DNA from: Sedimentisphaerales bacterium
GTDB lineage: Bacteria > Planctomycetota > Phycisphaerae > Sedimentisphaerales > Anaerobacaceae
Length of the DNA stretch: 64,000 nt
Assembly: GCA_963708075.1 (NCBI GenBank)
Contig: OY970194.1
Location: forward strand, 6,048,001-6,112,000
Reading direction: 5' to 3'
Shown: piece after piece, positions 41,383-50,674 of the stretch
Position numbering within the stretch: the stretch's first letter is position 1
Layout: each line of letters begins with the position of its first letter
Translations under genes and position numbers: made by a program
Notes under the pieces: model-generated
Told to the model about the DNA's origin: nothing
The model's database searches: none
What the model saw: the letters and a program-made list of their open reading frames with translations, nothing else

Positions 41383-41808
41383 TCATGTTTGCCCGGCCAG
41401 GGCAGCCAGGAGGCGGCTGGCAGTCTCGGGGGACAGGTCGGCGGCGGGGGCGGAGGGCTCTGAAGCCGGTGGCGTGTCCGATGGTGTTTTGTGGCCTGCG
41501 GGATGCTGCATGGAGATGATGTCAAGGCAGGCTTTGCGAGCAGTCTCCTCCTTTTTTGATGCGATCAATTGGATCAGCTTGCGGGCAGCCTTGGGGGCGT
41601 TGCGGGCGAGGATTATGTGGCTTTGACGGTAGCCGCCGGCAATCCGCTGCTCGAATTGCCGGGTGAATCGCTCGTCCGTGAGCCATTTCTCATAGAGGAC
41701 GCTGGGCACATGGTGCTTCTTGAGCACGGTTTGCTCTGTACTCCTACCCGTGAACAAACCGTCAAGAACTGCGAGTTGTCGTTTGGTCAGTTTCGTCGAT
41801 TCAGGCAT
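41383..41808 (-). CDS. Putative terminase small subunit-like HTH protein
   Basis: N-terminal HTH (LTKRQ..LDGLF..V...LYEKWL.DERF), then helical A.RKL.QL...EETARKACLDII and an acidic/Pro tail, a layout common in TerS-like proteins. Confidence 0.55.
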   Translation of the reverse strand: MPESTKLTKRQLAVLDGLFTGRSTEQTVLKKHHVPSVLYEKWLTDERFTRQFEQRIAGGYRQSHIILARNAPKAARKLIQLIASKKEETARKACLDIISMQHPAGHKTPSDTPPASEPSAPAADLSPETASRLLAALAGQT

Positions 41809-41965
41809 GGTTTTACCCTCGTTCTGAATGGTTGGTTGATAGTTGCTGTAAGGACTTCGGAACGGTCTTTGAACATTGGCAAGCAGGTGTTACACTCGGC
41901 AAGAGATGCATTTTGTGCGGCGTCATGTGCGATAGTACGGCAGTAGTGAGCAGACTCACAGCCAT

Positions 41966-42280
41966 ATGAACCCCAAAGCGGCTGAAGCGTGGAATTTCGC
42001 CCTGGCGAAGATGGAGTCGGCCAGGCAGCTCATCGAGAGCGGACAGGACGAGCAGGCCAAGACGGAGATTGCCAAGGCGGTCTATGTCGGGGCCGGCGCC
42101 CTGTACTATCTGTTCGGCCCCGGTCAGGAGGAGCAGGTCGCCTACCAGGCAGCCCAGAGCTTCATCAAGGACATGGCGACTGAGGACGCCTCCGCCGCCG
42201 AGGCCTTCGACGCCGCCAGGAAGATCCTCACCTACATTGCTGCCATATCACCCCCCGAAGACAGACTCCCGGTACCGTGA
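41966..42280 (+). CDS. Small all-helical protein, HEPN-like
   Basis: A...MESARQLIESG....A....AKAV...A.AL and A.EA...A..I pattern; no RxxxxH motif. Confidence 0.5.
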   Translation: MNPKAAEAWNFALAKMESARQLIESGQDEQAKTEIAKAVYVGAGALYYLFGPGQEEQVAYQAAQSFIKDMATEDASAAEAFDAARKILTYIAAISPPEDRLPVP

Positions 42281-42428
42281 AGATCAGGAAGGGAGGAAGG
42301 TGAGAAGCCATTTCCCGCCTTCCACCGCGAATGTGAGAACGTTGGACGGGACGGAACGTATCCGAAGACGCAGGCTGCTGAGATGGCAACAACTGCATGG
42401 ATATCATCGAAAGATCTCAGGAGAAGCT

Positions 42429-43610
42429 ATGACGCACTACAATTACCTTATTGTTGGCGGTGGAATGACCGCTGATGCCGCCGTACAAGGAATCCGCGAG
42501 GTGGACCGCAACGGCGCCATTGGCTTGATCAGTGCCGAACATGACCCGCCGTACAATCGGCCGCCTTTAACAAAGGGCCTCTGGAAGGGCAAGCCTTTGG
42601 AGAGCATCTGGCGCCACACGGAAAACCACGATGTGGAGCTTCACCTGGGTTGTCGGGCTCAAACCCTCGATGTGCAGCGAAAGCAGATCACGGATGACAG
42701 GGACAGGACCTACACATTCGATAAGCTGCTTCTGGCGACGGGGGGCCGGCCGCGTCGTCTGCCCTTTGGCGAGGCGCTCATTATCTACTACCGCACGCTG
42801 GAGGATTTCCGGCGGCTTTCTGCGTCGGCGGAGCAGCGCCGGCGGTTTGCCGTGGTTGGCGGTGGATTCATTGGCTCGGAGATTGCCGCCGCCCTGGCCA
42901 TGAATGAGCGGGAAGTGACGATGATCTTTCCCGGCACCGGCATTTGCAGCCGCATGTTTCCCTTCGATCTCTCGGAATCCTTGAACGACTTCTATCGGGA
43001 AAAAGGGGTGGAGATATTGGTCGGGGAATCCATCGCGAACTTCGAAAGGCGCGGCGAGCAGTCTGTCCTCCGCACTTCGAGCAGAGAGATCGTCGTGGAC
43101 GGCATCGTGGCCGGCGTCGGCATTGAGCCGGACATTGACCTGGCGAGGCAGGCCGGACTGGAGTTGAGCGACGGCATTGTTGTAAACGAGCTTCTGCGGA
43201 CGAGCCACCCGGACATCTACTCCGCGGGCGATGTGGCCGCCTTCTATAACCCGGCGTTTGACAGGCGATTGCGCGTCGAGCACGAGGACAACGCCAACAC
43301 GATGGGCCGGTTGGCGGGCAGGAACATGGCAGGTGAATTGGAGCCCTATCGCCACCTGCCGTATTTCTACTCCGATCTTTTCGAGCTGGGATATGAAGCC
43401 GTTGGCGATCTGGACTCTCGTTTGGAAACTGTGGCTGACTGGGAGGAGCCGCATCGGAAGGGGGTGATCTACTACCTGCAACAGGGCCGGGTACGAGGGG
43501 TCTTGTTGTGGAATGTCTGGGGCCAGGTGGACGCTGCCCGCGAACTGATTGCCTCCCACCGGGAATTTCAGTCCGAGGACCTCAAGGGTCTCCTCCTGGC
43601 TGCGACATAA
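42429..43610 (+). CDS. FAD/NAD(P)-dependent oxidoreductase (ferredoxin reductase/AIF-like)
   Basis: YLIVGGGMTA, PYNRPPLTK, LLLATGG, VVGGGFIGSE, AGDVA, RVEH, PYFYSD. Confidence 0.93.
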   Translation: MTHYNYLIVGGGMTADAAVQGIREVDRNGAIGLISAEHDPPYNRPPLTKGLWKGKPLESIWRHTENHDVELHLGCRAQTLDVQRKQITDDRDRTYTFDKLLLATGGRPRRLPFGEALIIYYRTLEDFRRLSASAEQRRRFAVVGGGFIGSEIAAALAMNEREVTMIFPGTGICSRMFPFDLSESLNDFYREKGVEILVGESIANFERRGEQSVLRTSSREIVVDGIVAGVGIEPDIDLARQAGLELSDGIVVNELLRTSHPDIYSAGDVAAFYNPAFDRRLRVEHEDNANTMGRLAGRNMAGELEPYRHLPYFYSDLFELGYEAVGDLDSRLETVADWEEPHRKGVIYYLQQGRVRGVLLWNVWGQVDAARELIASHREFQSEDLKGLLLAAT

Positions 43611-43645
43611 GACCCGCGCAAAAACAAGTTGGGCCGGGGCGTTGT

Positions 43646-44158
43646 ATGATCGAATACAAGGTCGGCAGGGGCATGAGAATCCTTTTCGTAGGGATCAACC
43701 CGCATCCCGGCTCTTACCGGCGCCGCGTGCCTTTCTCCAATAACAAAACGTTCTGGTACCTGCTCAATCGCGCGGGGCTGCTGGATGAGGACGAGAGCGA
43801 GTTGCGGACAGACATCGGTCTGAAAGAAATGTATGACCGGCGATTGCTCCCGCGATACCGACTGGGTTTCATCAACCTGATCGACCGTCCGACAGCAAAG
43901 GTCACAGCACTCAGGAAGGGCGAGGAAGAGCCGGGCGTTCAAAGGCTGCTGAGAGATATTCGGGCCTATCGACCCTCCGTCGCATGTTTCATTGGCAAGG
44001 TCACTTACAGTGTTTTTCGGGGTAGCAGGAACTGCAATTACGGCTGGCAAGAGAACATCAATGGCACTCGAGTCTACGTGATGCATTTCCCTATCCGGGG
44101 GCCCGCTGTCATCAGAATCAAAGAACTCCAGGAGTTGAAGGAGGCCAGCCGGGTTTGA
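43646..44158 (+). CDS. mug: Mismatch-specific uracil/thymine DNA glycosylase
   Basis: ILFVGINP, N..FW.LL..AG, G..NL..RPT, FIGK. Confidence 0.85.
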   Translation: MIEYKVGRGMRILFVGINPHPGSYRRRVPFSNNKTFWYLLNRAGLLDEDESELRTDIGLKEMYDRRLLPRYRLGFINLIDRPTAKVTALRKGEEEPGVQRLLRDIRAYRPSVACFIGKVTYSVFRGSRNCNYGWQENINGTRVYVMHFPIRGPAVIRIKELQELKEASRV

Positions 44159-44234
44159 TGACATGCAGACCGTGAAAGAATTTTGATTTTCTTATCTACG
44201 TTTATCCGGGGGAAAACGCCGGCATACCCTTCTG

Positions 44235-44579
44235 ACCCTGCAGGCCAGGTTGGGCACGTCGGTGGAAATCGATGATGTGACGTACGCCGCTGATGAGGTA
44301 GGCGCGCTGGGAGGGGACGTAGATTTTCGCCCGGTGGCTCCATACATTGGAATCGGCTGGGGCAATCCTCTGGGGAGAACAGGTCGATGGGGGCTGGCTA
44401 CTGACCTCGGGGTCGCGTTCACGGGCTCGCCGGACATCGATCTATGCGCCAGCGGTCCGATTGGCGCCGATCCCACGTTCCAGGCGCGACTTGCCGAAGA
44501 AGAGAAAGACATACAGGATGATCTGGACATCTTCAAAATCTATCCCGTTCTGTCCATCAACCTTTACTACCGCTTTTAA
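44235..44579 (+). pseudogene. 3' remnant of an outer-membrane beta-barrel protein
   Basis: APYIGIGWGN, DLGVAFTGSP and C-terminal YPVLSINLYYRF; no signal peptide or plausible start upstream. Confidence 0.65.
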
Positions 44580-45010
44580 CCTTGTTGAGGACTCGGGCCG
44601 CACAAAACGGTATTTCCTCCTGCAGGGGCTTGTCTGAACCTCAGTTACCAGCCGCATCAATTGTGGCGAATTACCTAGTACTGCCCTGAGCATAGGATCG
44701 TACAACAATGGCGTTGTACGCAGCGTATCGCCTTTTGGAATGCGAAATGCCAGGGAGGATCGATGAGGCAGTTCATCTGGCGGTACAATGCGTGCCTTTT
44801 GCGCAGCAAGACGCTGAAAGGGCCGGCTGCCGCGAACGGCAGATGGGCAAACGATAAGCGCCGGAACCGGCGGCCGGCCTGATCGGCTGACCTTACTTGG
44901 GTCCACGCGGCCGGAAGGTCGCCCATTGTCTTCATGCGAATATACCGCACGAGAACGACTGTCCTGTCCGCCTTCATTGTGATTCTGGGTTCGACACTGG
45001 GAGATCATAA

Positions 45011-46981
45011 ATGCCGAGAGCGGGAGAAGCTCGAACGGGAGTGTTTCCGGAATATGCCGCGCGCAAGAGAAAGCTCTCGTTCGGCGCTGAGGTCATTCAC
45101 GGACAAATCAACTTTCGCGTCTGGGCACCGGATAAGAGCCGAGTGGATCTGGTTATTGAGCAGCCGGAGCAGGCGGTCATCTCAATGACTGGTGAGGCGG
45201 GGTTTCTCTCTGCTGCGATAGCCGACCCCGGCCAGCGCGTTCTCTATCGCTTTCGCATTGATGGCCGTGACGATCTTCTGCCCGACCCCGCGTCGCGGTT
45301 CCAACCCGAGGGACCGAACGGACCATCGCAGGTGATCGACCCCAGTCTTTTCGCCTGGACGGATCAGGGCTGGAGTGGGCCGCACCTCGAAGGGCAGATC
45401 ATCTACGAGATGCACATCGGGACGTTCACGCCTGAGGGAACCTGGGCCTCGGCCGCCCGGCAGTTGCCGGAGCTTGTCCAGGCCGGAGTCAGCCTGCTCG
45501 AGATGATGCCTGTGGCTGACTTTGCCGGCAGCCACGGGTGGGGGTACGATGGTGTCAATCTGTTTGCTCCCACGCGGCTATACGGCCGGCCGAACGACCT
45601 GAGAAGTTTCATAAATACCGCGCACGAGCTTGGGATCGCCGTCATCCTCGATGTCGTCTACAATCATCTGGGGCCTGACGGGAACTTTCTCAGGGCATTT
45701 GCGAGAGACTATTTCACAGACCGCTATGAGTGCGAGTGGGGCGACGCCGTGAATTTTGATGGTCTCGGCGCGCAGCCCGTTCGTGACTACTTCATCTCCA
45801 ACGCACGCTACTGGATCGAAGAGTTCCACTTCGACGGTTTTCGGATTGACGCCACTCAGCAGATCTTCGATGCGTCGCAGCCGAATATCATCGCCGAGAT
45901 CACAGACAGCGCCCGGCGGGCCGCGGGGAACCGCAATATTCTGATCGCCGCGGAGAACGAGCCACAGAGAGCGGACCTGCTCAAGAGCGTGAAGGATGGT
46001 GGTGCGGGTCTTGATGCCCTCTGGAATGACGATTTCCACCACGCGATTCATGTGGCCCTGACAGGCAGAAAGGAAGCCTACTACTCAGATTACTGCGGCT
46101 CACCCCAGGAGATCATCTCCACGGTGAAACACGGATTCCTTTACCAAGGCCAGCGCTCCAGATGGCAGAACAAGCCGCGGGGCAGTCCTTCGTTGGGAAT
46201 CGAGCATCCGAGGTTCATCTGTTACATCGACAATCACGACCAAGTCGCGAACTCCGCTTGGGGCAGCCGGACCGGGCAGATTACTTCGCCCGGCAGGCAT
46301 CGGGCAGCGACGGCGCTGCTCCTGCTCGGGCCATGGACGCCCTTCGTATTTCAGGGACAAGAATTCGCTGCATCCACGCCGTTCCTTTATTTTGCCGACC
46401 ACAATCATCAGACTTCCGGCATGGTAGCCAATGGGCGTAAGAGATTCCTCAGCCAGTTTCCCAGCTTTGCTGTCCCTGCCATGCAGGCGGCGCTTGCCGA
46501 GCCTTCCCAACGGGAGACATTTCTGCGGTCCATTCTGGATTTTCGCCAGCGAATGGAGAATTCCCGGTTCTACGATATGTTCAAGGACCTCGCACGGCTG
46601 AGACGGACGGACGAGGTATTCTCGCTGCAGGGCGAAGCGGGCCTTGATGGCGCTGTGCTGTCGGGTGCGGCGTTTGTGCTGCGGTTCTTCGGCCGTGGCA
46701 CGGACAGGCTCCTGTTTGTGAATCTCGGCATGGACCTGTTCTTCGGGCCGGCCCCCGAGCCGCTTCTGGCTCCGCCGCGCGAGCAACACTGGCGGATCCT
46801 GTTTTCGACCGAAGAGCCTTGCTACGGCGGCAGCGGCACCCCCGATCTGGAGCTCGATCAGGGCTGGCGCATCCCGGCTCAAGCCGCAATTGCTTTTGCA
46901 TCCGAGCCCGGCTCGCCGTCTGTCAAGCCGCTGCAACCGTACGTGCAAGCCGTGCAGGAAAAACCAAAAAAGACGCTATGA
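45011..46981 (+). CDS. treZ: Malto-oligosyltrehalose trehalohydrolase (GH13)
   Basis: FRVWAP, PDPASRFQPEG, YEMHIGTFT.EGT, WGYDGV, DVVYNH, FRIDAT, IAAEN, WNDDFHH, NHDQV.N. Confidence 0.93.
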   Translation: MPRAGEARTGVFPEYAARKRKLSFGAEVIHGQINFRVWAPDKSRVDLVIEQPEQAVISMTGEAGFLSAAIADPGQRVLYRFRIDGRDDLLPDPASRFQPEGPNGPSQVIDPSLFAWTDQGWSGPHLEGQIIYEMHIGTFTPEGTWASAARQLPELVQAGVSLLEMMPVADFAGSHGWGYDGVNLFAPTRLYGRPNDLRSFINTAHELGIAVILDVVYNHLGPDGNFLRAFARDYFTDRYECEWGDAVNFDGLGAQPVRDYFISNARYWIEEFHFDGFRIDATQQIFDASQPNIIAEITDSARRAAGNRNILIAAENEPQRADLLKSVKDGGAGLDALWNDDFHHAIHVALTGRKEAYYSDYCGSPQEIISTVKHGFLYQGQRSRWQNKPRGSPSLGIEHPRFICYIDNHDQVANSAWGSRTGQITSPGRHRAATALLLLGPWTPFVFQGQEFAASTPFLYFADHNHQTSGMVANGRKRFLSQFPSFAVPAMQAALAEPSQRETFLRSILDFRQRMENSRFYDMFKDLARLRRTDEVFSLQGEAGLDGAVLSGAAFVLRFFGRGTDRLLFVNLGMDLFFGPAPEPLLAPPREQHWRILFSTEEPCYGGSGTPDLELDQGWRIPAQAAIAFASEPGSPSVKPLQPYVQAVQEKPKKTL

Positions 46982-47020
46982 ACTTGTCAAAGAGCCGCGC
47001 AGTCAGGGCGGGGGACGGGC

Positions 47021-47089
47021 TGTAGGGTGGGGCTTGCCCCACCATGAACCCCGCGCCACAGGAGGCGGTGGGGCAGGCCCCACCGTGCA
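47021..47089. repeat. GTAG-type REP doublet (REPIN-like)
   Basis: TGTAGGGTGGGGCTTGCCCCACC...GGTGGGGCAGGCCCCACCGTGCA. Confidence 0.75.
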
Positions 47090-47124
47090 ACTACAACTGA
47101 GCCACCGGGCAGATTCAGTCCCGT

Positions 47125-47802
47125 TCATTCATCTGACTCCTGCCGCGTCAGGTCGATGAACAAGTGCGCCAGGCAAGTCAGAGCTTCAGCTCGGCGGGCG
47201 GCGCGTGTGTTCCCATTCCCCGAATTCACTGTCGGCGCAGCGGAACTGTCGCTTGGCGAAACCGGGTCAGCCGCCAGCAACAGGGCCTGCTCGATGGCAC
47301 TCTGCTGTGTCTCACTCACGAAGAACACCATGGGAACCGAGAATGGATTCGGGCTGTGTGGCGTCGTGCGTGGCAGCGGCTTGCGCCCCAGCAGCCGTTC
47401 GAGTTGGCCGCGAGTTTGCGGGAGCAGCTTGGCCAGATCAGGGATAGGGATGTGTCTGCGAAGCCGGCGGAGCAACCCGAGTTTCTTGTCGAGTGCATCC
47501 CGGCCGCCGAGCCGGTTGAGCGTGGCCAGCAGGACAGAAGTCTGCTCGTCATTGACGTCCCAGACCACCACATCGGCGGTTTTGCGGCCGAGCTCTTTGA
47601 GGGCGTCACGCCGGTGGTGGCCATTGATGATCTGAAAGTGGCCGTCTTTGCTGGGATGGGGCCGGACCACGAGGGGCTCGTACCGATCGGTTCGCCCGAT
47701 GTTGCGAACCAGCCTGGCGAAGTTCGCCCGACTCATCCAGTTGGGGTTATCGGGGTGCGGAACCAACTGTTCCAGCGGAATACGCCGAATCTTCGTACTC
47801 AT
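47125..47802 (-). CDS. ParB/Srx-like N-terminal domain protein (phage type)
   Basis: L.PHPDNPN, PLVVR, IINGHHRR.AL, LATLNRL.G; GGAGG RBS. Confidence 0.85.
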   Translation of the reverse strand: MSTKIRRIPLEQLVPHPDNPNWMSRANFARLVRNIGRTDRYEPLVVRPHPSKDGHFQIINGHHRRDALKELGRKTADVVVWDVNDEQTSVLLATLNRLGGRDALDKKLGLLRRLRRHIPIPDLAKLLPQTRGQLERLLGRKPLPRTTPHSPNPFSVPMVFFVSETQQSAIEQALLLAADPVSPSDSSAAPTVNSGNGNTRAARRAEALTCLAHLFIDLTRQESDE

Positions 47803-47822
47803 GTGTTCACCTCCAAATGTGC

Positions 47823-47982
47823 AATGTACGAATTACGATTCACGAATTATGATTTCGGAGTCGAGGCCGGGGGACGGGTAACGAGACAAGGTGTGTGTGG
47901 AGCGTGGGTTGTGGGAGTCCTTCCCTTGTTCCTCGATCCTCCGACCCGCCCCGCAAAATGGTAAATCATAGATCGTAAATCA
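47823..47982. repeat. Heptamer tandem-repeat palindrome
   Basis: ATGTACG AATTACG ATTCACG AATTATG...GGTAAAT CATAGAT CGTAAAT. Confidence 0.75.
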
Positions 47983-47986
47983 TCTT

Positions 47987-48727
47987 TCACGGCAGTGTGA
48001 CCTCCAGAGTGGGATGGAACCATATATGATAGGCGGGTCGCTCCGTGAGTTTGCTCAGGATGTAGCGCGTGCGTTCGATGCCGGGCAACATAGTCCGGCG
48101 CTTGCCGTGACTTTTCAGAAACCGCTGCACGCGGATTTCGGTGAAATCCGCCGCCGGCTCTGGCAATGCATCCAGCTTCCTCTGTACACTTTCCGGGTCG
48201 ATCAGCTCGTTTTCCTCGATGCCGATGACGCTCAGGGCCTCGATCAATGCGACCTGCTCAAGACGCAGTCTGGGCGCGAATGCCTTCATTCCCGCGTGTT
48301 CCAGAAACGGATTCACCAGGGGCATGACGCCGACCGCTTCAACGACGGGGACATCCATCCGGGGCATGGTCTCGCGGACGAGCCGGGTCGCCAGGCCTAT
48401 GCCCCGAAACCGCGGCTCGATGACAACTCGCGCGATGCAGCGGATGTTCCGGTTGATCAGGGCCAACTGGGTCTGGCGATCGAGGTCCTTGAAGATGTTG
48501 CCGGTGGCGACGTTGCGAAGCTCCACGCGGGGAACAGGCATCGTGTAGACAATCACCCCAACCGGTTTCCTGTGGAATGAGCCAATCGGCGCTGCCGGCC
48601 TCATGGTGAAGACCGCCTTCACGCTGATTGGCGAACCGCCCCGATAGTGATAACAGGCGAGTTGCCTGTAGTCGTCCAGATCGCCGGGGACGATCTCCAG
48701 CTTGTTGCTCAGCGAACACGTGTGCAT
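47987..48727 (-). CDS. GNAT-fold acetyltransferase-like protein (ABC-ATPase-associated type)
   Basis: YHYR, IARVVIEPRFRGIGLATRLV (acetyl-CoA binding motif), NPFLE.AGM. Confidence 0.8.
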   Translation of the reverse strand: MHTCSLSNKLEIVPGDLDDYRQLACYHYRGGSPISVKAVFTMRPAAPIGSFHRKPVGVIVYTMPVPRVELRNVATGNIFKDLDRQTQLALINRNIRCIARVVIEPRFRGIGLATRLVRETMPRMDVPVVEAVGVMPLVNPFLEHAGMKAFAPRLRLEQVALIEALSVIGIEENELIDPESVQRKLDALPEPAADFTEIRVQRFLKSHGKRRTMLPGIERTRYILSKLTERPAYHIWFHPTLEVTLP

Positions 48728-48737
48728 GGCGCACCTC

Positions 48738-48814
48738 ATTGATGATTGATAATGGATGATGGATGATTGGTCTTCCGCCGCCGAATCATCAATAATCAAT
48801 CATCCATAATCAAT
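48738..48814. repeat. Heptamer tandem-repeat palindrome (GATGGAT/GATTGAT subtype, same as in the terminase)
   Basis: GATTGAT AATGGAT GATGGAT GATTGG...ATCAATA ATCAATC ATCCATA ATCAAT. Confidence 0.8.
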
Positions 48815-49451
48815 GGTTTCTATAGATGACCTCGGCCGGGCCCGAGAAGTCCTTGATCACCAGAACGTCGGGGGCAAGGTCGATCAGGATGTCCTCGTGG
48901 CTCGACGCCAGGACGAACGTGGTGCCGGTCCGCTTGGCGAACTTGTGGACGTTGAACGCGACAGCGGCGGCGGTGACTCTGTCCAACTCGCCCGAGAACT
49001 CGTCGGCGAAGATGAATCGCCTGCGGCTGGCCATGGCCTGGGCCAGGCGGAACCGGTACTTCTGGCCGTCACTGAGGTTGCATGGCTTCTTGAGAAGAGA
49101 GAAGACTTCGCTCAGGCCCACCGCGCTGAGCAGCCGCAGGGAAGAGACGATTGTCCCCTCGAAGCAGTCGATCACGGCCCGGTCCCGGGGAAGGGCGATC
49201 TGCGCGAGATTGATGGATTCGCCGGCGGGAATCGCCTGTTCCAACTCGTGCAGGAGCACGCTCTTGCCCGCCCCTGACGGGCCCGTAATGAAGGCAATAT
49301 CCCCCGCACCAAGCTCCAGCCGGCACTGATGAGTCACGATCCTGTCCGCAAGCTTGTCGGCGGTCAGGCCGAACATACGGCACAGTTGCACCGCTCTATC
49401 CGTAAGCGGCCCCTCCCACGGAAAGCCTCTTGATAGATCATAGGTTGCCAT
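48810..49451 (-). CDS. Soluble ABC-type ATPase without permease
   Basis: Walker A GPSGAGKS, signature LSDGQKYRF, Walker B IFADEF, D-loop LD, H-loop SSH. Confidence 0.88.
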   Translation of the reverse strand: MATYDLSRGFPWEGPLTDRAVQLCRMFGLTADKLADRIVTHQCRLELGAGDIAFITGPSGAGKSVLLHELEQAIPAGESINLAQIALPRDRAVIDCFEGTIVSSLRLLSAVGLSEVFSLLKKPCNLSDGQKYRFRLAQAMASRRRFIFADEFSGELDRVTAAAVAFNVHKFAKRTGTTFVLASSHEDILIDLAPDVLVIKDFSGPAEVIYRNH

Positions 49452-49880
49452 TATGTATTCCCTCGCTTGATTGATGCTGCGTATACGCGTGCTCTGCGGA
49501 GAGTCGCTTTCACTCGATAAAGAGTAATCCCGCGATTCTGGCTGATGTGCGCTGCGGAAAGACCGCGGACGAAGAAGTCTTTGATCAGAGCCAACTCGCG
49601 ACCGGTGAAATCATCCCGGTTGCCCAGACAAATCTCATAGGTGTCATCCGCGAGTCGTCGTGCGATTCTGTGAATCCTGCGCCCGACATTCGATGGGCTC
49701 AGCCCCATCAGTCGCCCGATCTGACGAAGACTATTGCCCCGCTCCAGATACATCTCTATCAGGACGCGGTCTCTGCCTGCGAGCAGATGGGCCCGCATCC
49801 GAAGAATCTCGATGACACCACGGTTCTCCACCGTCTCGGTTGACGCAACGGCTGTCTCATAACCGTCCGCAGGTTCTCAT
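49451..49880 (-). CDS. Transcription regulator with two tandem sigma70-region-4-like HTHs; probable start at 49880 after correcting a +1 frameshift
   Basis: RDRVLIEMYL..G.SLRQIGRLMGLS.SNV.RRI and RELALI...F..GLSAAHIS...GIT.YRVK..L.RAR. ATG 49880 has a GGGAG RBS and joins the ORF if one A of GAGAACC is removed; otherwise the ORF starts at GTG 49831. Confidence 0.7.
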
Positions 49881-49939
49881 TCTCCCACTCCTGTCGGAAT
49901 CAATCCTATCTCGTGGTATGGTCACAATGCCATTGTCGT

Positions 49940-49967
49940 ATTTTATCTGTACGGGGCATCGCGTCAA
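49940..49967 (-). promoter_or_regulatory. sigma70-type promoter of the HTH-ATPase-GNAT-ParB operon, with a downstream inverted repeat
   Basis: Minus strand TTGACG-N16-TAAAAT; ACAATG-C-CATTGT palindrome at 49924-49936 over the predicted +1. Confidence 0.6.
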
Positions 49968-50220
49968 TTGTTTTGTTGTGTGTTTAGTAAAAAATCTTAT
50001 ATGGTACTGTAGTTGCAGACATTCTCCTTTTGCTAACATGCCTCCCCGACGCCACTTACGGAGAACCCTGATATCGTAAGCGCGCCTCGCATTTTTTTCA
50101 GAATTCATTCCTTTTTTCATGGACGGCATCATAAGCGGGGAAGAGGCGAGGCCGCCGGTGCGCGGGACGCGGGTCACCATATTCTGTCCCACGGGCCCCG
50201 CCCAGGTCTGACACCCCGCA

Positions 50221-50324
50221 ATGGACTGCTGGATGGACAACCTGGACGGCATGGACGATATGGGCACATGCAAGCCCAGGGACCGTCCATATCGTCCACT
50301 CTGTCCACACAGTCCGCCTCATCC
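50221..50324. repeat. 9-nt-unit imperfect palindrome (TGGAC/GTCCA family)
   Basis: ATGGACAAC CTGGACGGC ATGGACGAT...GTCCATATC GTCCACTCT GTCCACACA GTCC; same family as 10886-10979. Confidence 0.7.
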
Positions 50325-50558
50325 ATTCCCTCCCTCTCATCCCCCCCCGACTCTGCGGCTTTGCCACCCTGTCTCACTTTCGATCGATTTTCGCACGATT
50401 CGCGCCGGTTTAGAAGTAAAAACGGCCGATCCTTCATATTTTTTCTACTCCTTTGCCCACAAGGACTTGGGCGCCCCTCCGCTACTTCGGCCACCGGCTT
50501 TCTTCGACCAATTAGCGCACTTTCGTCCCATTGTGGAGGCAGACATAAATGCCTCGAG

Positions 50559-50659
50559 AATTACGATTTACGATTTAGGCCGGTGCCGAGACGGGCGTGC
50601 CGACCGGGATCCCTGGATCGCGAGTTCCTAAATCATAAATCGCAAATGGTAAATCGTAA
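50559..50659. repeat. Heptamer tandem-repeat palindrome before the portal gene
   Basis: AATTACG ATTTACG ATTTAGG...CCTAAAT CATAAAT CGCAAAT GGTAAAT CGTAAG. Confidence 0.8.
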
Positions 50660-50674
50660 GTGGAGCACAGCGAC

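Noticed and set aside
47125..47802. Chromosome or plasmid partition system
   Set aside because: No parA, and no parS-like palindrome was noticed; only the N-terminal ParB/Srx domain is recognisable.
48810..49451. ABC transporter
   Set aside because: No permease or substrate-binding protein nearby; the context is GNAT and ParB.
49857..50631. ORFs in the divergent intergenic region (49857-50273, 50221-50631)
   Set aside because: They cross promoter and repeat elements, have atypical composition and lack an RBS.
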